Translations under genes and position numbers: made by a program | Shown: positions 16,408 through 26,100 of the stretch, piece by piece | How positions within the stretch are numbered: position 1 is the first letter of the stretch | Layout of the letters: every line of letters starts with the position of its first letter | Source: Myxococcales bacterium | GTDB taxonomy: Bacteria; Myxococcota; B64-G9 | Length of the DNA: 64,000 bases | NCBI GenBank assembly: GCA_012798435.1 | Contig: JAAZNF010000113.1 | Location: forward strand, 24,979 to 88,978 | Direction of reading: 5' to 3' | The notes under the pieces: model-generated | Seen by the model: the letters and a program-made list of their open reading frames with translations, nothing else | Databases searched by the model: none | Told to the model about the DNA's origin: nothing

Positions 16408-16950
16408 TCACTCGTCGCGCTCGCCGCCGCGGCGGCGGGGCGGGCGGCGGGGGTCGTCCAGCGAGCGCACGTACTCCAGGAAGCTGGCCTTGTCGTCCAT
16501 CACGTTGAAGTAGCCTCGTCCCTCGCGCCGGCCGCGGCGCCCATCGCGGTTGCCGTCGCGAAACCCCTCGCGCCCCCGGCCCTCGCGCGGCCCGCGGGAG
16601 ATGCGGCCCTGTTGACGCTGGCTCAGGCCGGCCGACAGCAGCTCGGCGCACAGCATCCCGAGTTCCACGTTCTCCTGGCGGGCCTGGATGCTGAGTTCCC
16701 GGTGCAGAGAAGCGCTGACCTGGATCTCCAGCTTGCCGTCGAACTCCCGCCCGTCCATGGGCACCGGCATCTCGCGCCCGGTGTCGGCCGCCTCGCGGAA
16801 GGCCTTTTCCAGGGCGGCCTCGGCCGCCTGTAGCGCCTCGGGGCGGGTGGCGCCTTCGACCACCAGGTCGTCGAGTTCCGGGATGCGGGCGATGAACTTC
16901 TGCTTGTCGTTGTCGTAGGCGATGGTCATGCGGAATCCGTCGCGGATCAT
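16408..16950 (-). CDS. HicB-like antitoxin-fold protein with RHH-like segment and Arg/Gly-rich C-terminal tail (orphan)
   Basis: The start is set at MIRDGFRMTIAYDNDKQKFIARIPELDDLVVEGATRPEALQAAEAALEK (HicB/UPF0150-like), with GAGGAGAGG 3 nt upstream. The alternative ATG is at 16965. Next comes KLEIQVSASLHRELSIQARQENVELGMLCAELL (ribbon-helix-helix-like). The tail is RGPREGRGREGFRDGNRDGRRGRREGRGY. Confidence 0.55.
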   Translation of the reverse strand: MIRDGFRMTIAYDNDKQKFIARIPELDDLVVEGATRPEALQAAEAALEKAFREAADTGREMPVPMDGREFDGKLEIQVSASLHRELSIQARQENVELGMLCAELLSAGLSQRQQGRISRGPREGRGREGFRDGNRDGRRGRREGRGYFNVMDDKASFLEYVRSLDDPRRPPRRRGGERDE

Positions 16951-17071
16951 GATCCTCTCCTCCATGGTTCCCGACAGAAGACGCGCTCCGCTGTCGGGCG
17001 GGCCTCTCTCTAGCACGGGCGCGCCCGCCAAGTCAAAACGCCTGATGGGCCGGCCGGCGCCGGTCAAAAAA

Positions 17072-17101
17072 TGGACCCGCTGAAAATCCTCGTGCTACAA
17101 T
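17072..17101 (+). promoter_or_regulatory. Candidate sigma70-type promoter of the giant TPR gene
   Basis: TGGACC (17072-17077), an 18-nt spacer, then TACAAT (17096-17101). The gene starts at GTG 17150 or ATG 17156. Confidence 0.25.
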
Positions 17102-17149
17102 CCGCTCGCGATCCGGTAAGGTGCGGTATCGCAAGCAGAAACGGGCCAG

Positions 17150-20100
17150 GTGCGCATGTCCGAACAGGACGGCAAGCCATACATTCTCCCGGATCCGGCA
17201 GAAGAGGGATCCGCGCGCCAAGGCAATTCCTTGGGGTTCGATCTCGAGTTCTCCGACGGGTTGGCCCAGGTGAGCCTGCGCGATCGCAAGCTGGCCGGTG
17301 GGGTGGTGCTGGAGCGGTTGCGGCTCGAGATCCCTTCGGTGCGTTTCCCCTTCGACGTGAGCGGCGGAGCGGAGCGCTTCCGCCACCAGCGCTGCCGGCT
17401 GCTCGAGATGCGCCTTTCGCTGGCAGAAGAAGATCTGGAGTCGTTATTGCGCGGGGCGCTGGATCCGGCGCGTCACGGCATCCGGGAGCCGCGCCTGTCC
17501 CTGGCGGAGGGTTGTGGTCGGCTCGAGGGCACGTTTGTTTCCGGGGAACAGGCGACGCCGTTCTCGTTGCGGTTCTTTGTGCAGAGCGGGGCCGGCCTGG
17601 GGATCCGCGTCCTGCTCGCGGACATTCGCTTCTTCGGCTGGGTGAGTGAGGTGCCGCTCATGCTGGCGGTGCGCTTGGCCCAGGCGCTCAAGCCCCTGTC
17701 GCTACGGGCGGTGGCGCCGGCGGTGCTCGAACTCGACCCGGTGTCCGATCTGCTGCGGCGGCTGCTGCCCCGGCATGGCTGGAAAATCCCGGACCTGACG
17801 GACGCGCGGGTGCTGCGGGCCGGCATCCATCGCGGGCGGTTACTGGTCGTCGTGCGTCGGCCAGGGTTGAGCGCGGAGGCGGAGCCGGCCGTGGCAGACG
17901 AGCCGACGGAGATCTTGCGTCAGGCCACCTCCTTCGCTGCACAGGCCGAGATCTTCGCCGAAGCCGAGCGGGCCCTGGCCGAGGGCCGCCTCCCGGTGGC
18001 CCGCGCCTTGTACCTGGGCCGGGGCAGCGTCGAGCCTGCCGGGGAGCTGCCGGCGCGGCGTCTGATGGAGATCGCCCTGGCCCGCCCGGAACACTTCGCC
18101 GATCTGGAGGCGACGGTCGATGATGCGCTGCGACTCCAGCCGGGGCTCGTCCCGGCTCTGCTGGCGCGGGCGGTGATGTTGGAGAAGACGGGGCAGGCAA
18201 GGGCTGCCGAGGCGTTCCGCGCGGTGGGCGAAGCCTGCGCCGGGCGTGGCGAGCGGCGGGATGCGGTGCTGGCCCTCGACCGGGCGGCCGAGCTGTGGCG
18301 ATCTCGAGACGTGGAACAGGCCATCGCCTGCGCCGAGCGGATCCTGGCGCTCGACCCGGATCACCAGCCGACGCTGCGTCGGCTGTTGGACCTGTATTCC
18401 GAAGCCGGCCGCCACTACCGGGCGGTGCGGGTCGGGCTGCGCCTGCTCAGACTCCTGGCCGAGCCCGGGGAGGTGGCCGCCTGTCATCGGCGCATCGGCT
18501 CGCTCTACCTGGCGCACTTCGACGATCCGGAGCGGGCGCGCCGACACCTGGAGGCGGCCCTGGAGTACAATCCGGCCGATCTGGAAGCGCTGGAGCTTCT
18601 GGTGCGGATCCAGCGCGATCGGGGCCAGGCGGCGCACGCTGCGGCGTTGCTGGAGCGGGTGGTGGAGCTGGCCCGGCAGAGGCAGGACCCGCGCTGCCTG
18701 CAGTTTCGGCTGGAGGCCGCCCGCATCTGGGAAGAGGACCTGGACGATCCGGCCGCCGCCCTGCTGCAGTACCAGCGGGTGTTGGAGGAGCAGCCGGACC
18801 ATTTGCACTCGCTCTACCGGGCCGGCGCCCTGGCGGCCCGCTCCGGGTTGTGGGAGCGCGCGGTGGAGTATCTGAGCCGGCTGCTCGACCTGCACCAGGC
18901 CGGTCGCCCCTCGCCGGACGAGGTGATCACCTCGTCCTGTTTGATCCTGGGCCGCGGGTACCTCAAGCTCCCCGGCGGTGCCACCGAGGCCCGCGCCTTC
19001 CTCGACCGGGCCGTGGAGCTCGCGCCGCGGGACATCACCGTGTGGAACGAGCTGGAGAAGCTCGATCGCGAGGAGCAGAACCACTCCGATCTCTTGCGAG
19101 TCCTGGAGCACAAGGCCGAGCTGTGCGACCGGCCGGAAGAAGCGCTGGGTATGGTCCTGGAGGCCGCCCGCCTGGCAGAGCGGGCCGTAGCCGATCGCGG
19201 GCGCGCCGAGAGGTTGTACCGTCGGGTGCTGGAGCTTCAGCCGGCGAACGAGGAAGCGTTGGAGTCTCTGTCGCTCATCCTGCGGGAGGGCCGGCGCTCG
19301 CAGGAGCTGGCCGAGCTGCTCGAACGCTCCGCCGCGGGCATCTCCGACCCCCACCGGGCCGCCCAGCTGTGGTCCGAGCTGGCGAAGCTGCGGCTTGCGA
19401 TCGACGATGAAGACGGCGCGGTGGCAGCGCTGGAGAGCGCCCTGGCACGCGAGCCGGGCAACGCCCGCATCCGCGAGTCCTTGTTCCTCCTCCTCCGCGA
19501 GCCGGGTCGTGAGGCGGCCTTCGTCGAGCAGGTCGGCCGGCTGGACGCGGCGGTCGTAGATGGGAATACGCTCGGGGCCCTGTGGCAGGAGCGGGCCGAG
19601 CGGCAGCGCGTCGCGCTCCACGATGCGGCGGGGGCCTTCTCCAGCCTGCAGCGGGCCCTGGAGTTCGATCCCGATCGCCGCCCGGCCTGGAACCTGCTGG
19701 CCGAGCTGGCCGAGTCGGCCGAGCAGTGGCCAGAGGCGCGCCGGGCCCTGCGCCGCCTCATGGAGTTCCAGGAGCCGGTGCCGCCGGAGGAGTCCAAGGC
19801 GTTGTGGAAACGGCTGGCCCGGGTCGAACACCGTCTAGAGAACCGGGAGGCGACCATCGCGGCCCTGCAAGAGCTCGCCCGCCTGGACCCCTGCGACCCC
19901 TCCGTGGACTGGCTGTTCGAGCTGCTGCGCGACGAGAACCGCTTTGGGGACCTGGCCGAGGCCTACCAGCGGCGAGCCATGGCCTTGTCGGGCGAGGAGG
20001 CGGCCACATTTTTCACCGCCTCCGCCGCCTTGCTGGCGGAGAAACTGAGCCGCTGGGACGAATCCGCCGAGGCCTACCGCCGGGCCGTGGACGCCGCGCC

Positions 20101-23100
20101 CGAGAGTCCGGCCGCGCCGGCACGGCTGGCATCGCTGCAGCGAGTCTTGACCGGCTTGCAGCGTTTCGAGGCGGTGGCCGAGGTGCTGCGCCGACGCATC
20201 GAGCGCGCGGCGCCACGGGAACGGCCGGCCATGTGGCTGGCGCTGGGTGCCCTGCGCGAGGCTCGCCTGGGCGACGCGCCCGGGGCGGAGGAGTGCTTCG
20301 GCGAGGCCCTGCGCGGGGACCCCGAGTACCTGCCGGCCTTGCTGCTGCTCTCCCGGCGTGCTTTCGAGCGGCGCGACTTCGAGAAGGTGCTCGAGCTGTG
20401 CGGGAAGGCGCTGCGAGTCGGGGCCGAGCGGGGAACCCTGGCTGGCGAGCGACGCGCCGCCGTGGCGCTGGACGCGGCCCGCGCTGCCTGGGAACTCGAG
20501 CGCTACCCGGAGGCGCGCGACCGCTACTGGGAGTACCTGGAGTGTTACGCCGCCAGGCAGTTCCAGGGCGCGACGTACGAGAGCTTCGAGCGGTTGGAAC
20601 TTCTGCTGCGCGAGGTTCGGGACTTCGACCGGCTGGCCCTGCTGTACCGGCGCTGGCTGGGGACCGGAGGCACCGCCGAGCGGCAGGCGGGGTTGGAGCG
20701 GAGCCTGGCCCTGCTGTTGTTCGACCACCTGGAGCAACCGGAGGAGGCCATCCGCCTGCTGGGACAGCGGGTGCAGGCTTCTCCGCAAGATCAGGATGCG
20801 GTGCGCGACTACCTGCGTCTGTTGCGGGAGTCCGGCCGATTCGAGACGCTGGCGGCCTTGTTGGAAGAGCAGGCCGACCAGGCCGGCGACGACCGGGAGC
20901 GGCTCTCCCGGCGCGAGGAGCTGGCGGAGATCTACCAGCTTCGCTTGGGGCGTCCCCAGGAGGCCGCCCGTCACCTGAGGACGTTGCTCCAGCGAGGCTA
21001 CACCCCGGCCCGCGAGCGCCTGGCGGCGATCTGTCGCCAGGAGGGCTGGCACGCCGAGCTGATCGAGCTGTTGAGGGACCAGGCCGATGCGGTTTCCGAT
21101 CCGTCCGAGGCGGCCAACCTGCTGCTCGAGGCGGCGCAGCTTTCGCGGGACCGGCTGCAAGATCCGTCGCTCGCCCGCCGCTGCCTGGAACGGGCGTGGG
21201 AACTCTCGCCACGGCCGGAGATCGCCCTCCAGTTGATCGAGCTGTTCGGCGAAGGCGAAGAGGTTGAGCGGCGCCTCGAGCTTCTGCGAGAGGCGGTCCA
21301 GGCCGCAGAGGATCCGGAGGAGCGCCGCACCTGCTTGCTCCGCTACGCCTCGCTGTGCGGTTCCCGAGCGGAGGGCCGCGCCGAGGCCATCGATGCACTG
21401 CGGGAGGCCTGGGACATCCACCGTGACGTGTCGCTCGCCATGCAGCTGCAGCCGCTGCTGGAGCAGGCGGAGGACTTCGCCGGTGTGGCCGATCTCCAGG
21501 AATTCCTGGTGGACGAGGCCCCGGACGACGCCGAGCGGGCCCAGCGAGTGCACCGCCTGGGCCTGCTCTACCGCGATTGCTTGGGCTCTCCCGAGCGTGC
21601 CGAGGAAGCCTTTGCGCAAGCCACGCGCTGGGACCCGAAGGCGCCCGAACATTGGCGGGAACTATGCGCGTTGCAGTGGCAGCGCCAGGCCTGGAAGGAT
21701 TTCCTCGGCTCCTCAGAGGCGCTGGCGGAGTTGCTGGAGTCGGGGCGGGAGCGGGGTGAACTTCTGGGCCGCATGGCGCTGGCCCGACTGCGAAGCGGAC
21801 AGATCTGGGAAGAAGTCCGGGCGCTGGCCGAGCGGGCGAGCGGCGAGGGCGATAGCGCGGATGCACTGTGGTCGGAGCTGGCCCAGGTCGCGGAGCAACT
21901 CGAGCGGCCCGCCGATGCCGCCGAGGCGTTGGAGGCGCTGCTACAGCGAAATCCCCCCTTGCAGACCGGTTTGCTGCGCCGCCTGTTGAGCCTTCGTCTG
22001 CGCGCATCGGACGACGCGGGCGCGGTGTCGGCCTGCGAGCGGTTGTTGGATCGCGAACCGCTCGACGCCGCGGCCGTTGCCACGCTGCAGAACCTCTACC
22101 GGCGTCTGGGGCGTCACCGCGAACTGGCGCGGTTGCTCTCCGAGCAAGCCGAGCGTCTGGCAGGCGACGAGGCGGCGACGGCCTGGCTGGAGGCTGCTGC
22201 CAGTCTGGACCGGGCGGGCGACGGTGCCGGTGCGGAGCAGTTGCTGCGACGGGGGCTGTCGCTCCTGCCGCAGCATCCGGGCCTCCAGCAGCGGCGCATC
22301 GTGTTGCTTCGCCGTTTGCAGGCGTTGGATGAACTGGAGGAGTGGCTCCCCCAGCTGCCCGATGCCGTGCTGCAGCAGGAAGAGGCACGGGGAGCGGTGG
22401 AGGAGCTGTGGCAGGCACGGCGTGACCAAGGGGATGACGAGCACCGCCTGGCCCGCTGCCGGCTTGTGCTGCGGAGCCTTCCCGAACACGCCCCGGCGTT
22501 GCAGCTGGCCGCGGAACTCTCGGAGTCTCTGGGACAAGCGGAGGAAGCGGAGCTCTATTGGCAACGCCTGGAACCAGTCGTGCAGGAGCCCGATCCGGCG
22601 CTGCGGGAAAAACTGGACCTCAAGCTTGCGGCGCTGGATTTCGCGCGCGGGCGGCCCGAGGAGGCCGAGCAGCGGCTCCGGCGCTGCCTGGAGAGTCGGC
22701 CCGATCACCCCGAGGCCCGGTCGTTGTTGCACAAGATCTTCACCGGAGCGCGGCGGTTCGCCGATCAAGTGGAGCTGCTTCTCTCCGAGGCCGACCGCAC
22801 CGTGGATCCGAACGAGCGCGTCGAGAAATGGCTTCTGGCCGCCGGGTTGTTGGAGCGGGAGCTCGGGGATCCGCAGGGCGCCATTCGGGTGTTGCGACGG
22901 GTGGTCGGCGCCGACCCAGGTTCGGTGGATGCCTGGCGGCGGCTGGCCCAGCTCTACCGGCTGGTGGACGAGCCGGCGAACCAGCACGAGGCCTGGCTGC
23001 GCATCGCGCGGCTGGCCCCGGATAGCGAGCGGCTGGCCGCGCTGCAGAAGGCCGCGCGTCTGGCCGAGGAGGTGCTGCGCGACCCGCTAGCCGCTCGCTC

Positions 23101-26100
23101 TACCTGGGAGTCGTTGCTCGAGCTGGATCCACGCCAGCGGGAGGCCCTGGATCGTCTGGTGGAGCTGGATCGCAGCGAGGGCCGGCTGGAAGAGCTGGCG
23201 GACCACCTCGAGCGTCGCGCCGATCTGGAGGACGATCCTATGCGGCGCCGGGCCTGGCTGTGGGAGCTGGCCGAGGTGCTGGGCGCGGGGTTGGGCCAGG
23301 AGCGCGCCGCCGTGGCGGTGTTGCGGCGGATCCTGGAGCAGGATCCCGACGACAACCGCTGTCTGGACCGTCTGCAGCAGTACCTGGAAAAGCTCGAGGA
23401 GTGGAGATCGGCGCTCGATGTGTCGCGCCGCCGGCTGGAGCGGGCCGGATCGGACGGCGAGCGGCTCGAGCTCCTGCTGCACCAGGCCGAGTTGCACCAG
23501 GCGCGGCTCCAAGACGTCGAGGGCGCGATCGGGGTCCTGCGCCGGGCGGCGGCCCTGGCCGCCGACGATCCGCGTCCCCTGAAGCGATTGCGGGCCCTGG
23601 CAGCGCGGCGCAAAGACGACGCGCTGTTGGCGGAGATCTACGAGGAACAATCGGCCCGCGAGGTCGCGCCCGACGCACGGCGCGGCTGGCTGCGGCAAGC
23701 CGGGTTGTTGTGGGCCGGCGCCGCACGGCCCAAAGAAGCGCAGCAGGCATTTCTGCGCGTGCTCGAGCTCTTTCCAGAGGACGCCGTCTCACGCATGTTC
23801 CTCGCCCGGCTCATGGGAGAGGACAGCGCGACGCTGCCCCACCTGCGCTGGTTGCTCGCGCACGCCGAGCTGTTGCCGCCACAGCTCGAAGCGCAGTTGT
23901 TGCGCCGTCGGCTCCGTCTCGAAACCGAGCTCGATCTCCTGGAACGAATCGGCCTGCTGGAGCGCCTGTTGCGGCTCGCGGCCGCGGACACAGCGGCCTG
24001 GGAAGAGTTGATCCGGCTCTACCGGCGCACCAGTCAGCGACCGGCGCTGATGACGGCCCTGGCCCGGCTGGCGGCGTTGCAGACCGGTCCCGCTGCCGCC
24101 GATCTGTGGCGGGAGCGCGCCGAGCTGTTGCTGGCCGACGGGCGGGTGTCCGAGGCGGCCGAGGCCCTGGCGCGGGCGGCCGCCGGAGAGGGGGAAGGGG
24201 CCTTCGGCGCTGCGGTGAAACTGGCCGAGCTGCGGGAACGGACGCTGCGGGATCCCGCCGGGGCCCTGCAGGCGCTGGAGCACGCGCTGCGCCTGCGGGC
24301 CGACGACGCCGAGCTGCTCCGCTGGGTCTTTCGATTGGCCGCCGAGGAGCAGCGGTCCGAGACGGCCATGGCCGCGGCGGAACGCCTGGCCTCCCTGGCC
24401 ACCGTCCCGGCCGAGCAGGCCGAGTGGCGCACGCGGCAGGGGCAGTTGTTACGAGATGCAGGTCGTCTCGAGGAGGCACGAGCGTCCTTCGAGGCTGCGC
24501 TCTCCCTCGACCCGGCCTGCGCGCTGGCGCAACAGGGGTTGGAGGCACTGCTCTCGGAACGGCCGGAGGCCCTCTGGGATTTCTACCTGCGCCGGGCGGA
24601 CCAGGATGGGGAGGGAGCGCAGCGGGTGGAGTGGCTGCTGCGGGCCGCCCGCCTCCTGGAACCTGCCGACCCCCGGCGCGCCCGCGAGGTGTTGCAGCGG
24701 GTGCTGAGCATCGACAACGGCAGCGCCGAAGCCCACGAGCGGTTGGCCCGCTTGTTGGCCCAGGACGGGCAGTGGGACGAACTGCTGCAGGTGCTCTACC
24801 GCTTCCGCGAGCGTGTGACGGAGACCCCGCGGCGGGTGGCCATCGCCTTCGAGATGGGCGAGATCTGCCGGGAGCACCTGAACGACCCCGTGCGGGCGGC
24901 GGTCCATTTCGAGTACTGTCTCAACATCGATCCCGAGCACGCCGGGGCGCTGGAGGAGCTGGCCGAGATTCGCTACCAGCAGAAGTCATTGCCCGAGGCG
25001 GCCCGCCTCTACCGGCGCCTGGGCGAGCGGGGCCTGGCGGCGAAGAGGTTCTTGACCGCCTTCCGCCTGGGCGAGGCTGCGGAGGCGGACGGGGATTCGA
25101 GCGAGGCCCGGGAGCAATATCGGCGCGCCATCGCCTGCAACCCGACGTTCCTGCCGGCGCGGCAGAACCTGTGTCGGTTGTTGGAACAAGAAGGAGACCT
25201 GGAAGCCCTGGCGAGCGAGATCCGGGACATGATCTCCATCCTGCCCAAGGAGGGATTCGAGACGCTCGCGCTGGAGCTGTGGCGCGAGCTCGGTCGCACC
25301 CAGCGGCGCATGCTGCGTTTCGAGGAGGCGGCGCGCTGTTTCCACGAGGTGGCTCGGCGCGATCCCGCAGACCGGGAGGCCGTCGCCCGGCTCAAGGATT
25401 TCTATGCCAACCGCATGCGCTGGGAGGAGGCGGTCGCCTGGGCGCGGCGTGAACTCGAGCTGGATCCTCGCGCCGAGGAGGCACCGCAGCGCTGGGCGTT
25501 CTTGGGCGATCTGTACGCCGCCAAGCTCAAGGATTCGACCCGGGCGGAGGAGGCCTACCGGGCCGCGCTGACGCTCTCTCCCGATAACCTCGAATACCGT
25601 CTCGCCTTGTTCGACCTCCTGCGCCAGCGCGAGGCCTGGGCCGAGCTGCGGTCCGAGGGCGCGGTGCTGTTGCAGTCCCCTCTGGACCCCGCCCGGGAGG
25701 CGGCCATGCGCCAGGTGTTGGGGCGCGCCTGCCTGTTGCAGGGGGAGCGCGCCGAGGCCCTGGAGCACCTGGAACGGGTGCTGGCCCTGGGCCGGGCGGA
25801 CCAGGGGCTCGTCCAGGAGATCATGGAGTTGGCCCGGGCCGAGGGGCGCCACCAGCGCTACGCTTCGCTCTACGGACAGCTCCTGGAGTGGCGCATCGGC
25901 GCGGGCCTGCCCGTCGATGAGGCGGTGCGCCTATACCGGGAGTTGGCGCAGATCTACTGGCAGAACCTCCATGATCTCGACCGGGCCACTGCCTGCCTGC
26001 GGCGGGCCCTGGAGCTCAAGCCCAGAGATGCCGAGTTGCTGCGAGCGTTGGGGACGATGTACGCCTCGGACTTCGAGTCCTGCCAAGCGGCGCTGGAAGT

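Noticed and set aside
16408-17067. HicB-like gene as part of a HicAB toxin-antitoxin or defence module.
   Set aside because: No HicA-like small ORF (a ~60-80-aa dsRBD-like toxin) is visible on either side. The neighbours are a convergent secreted protein gene and the divergent TPR giant. It is reported only as an orphan HicB-fold protein.
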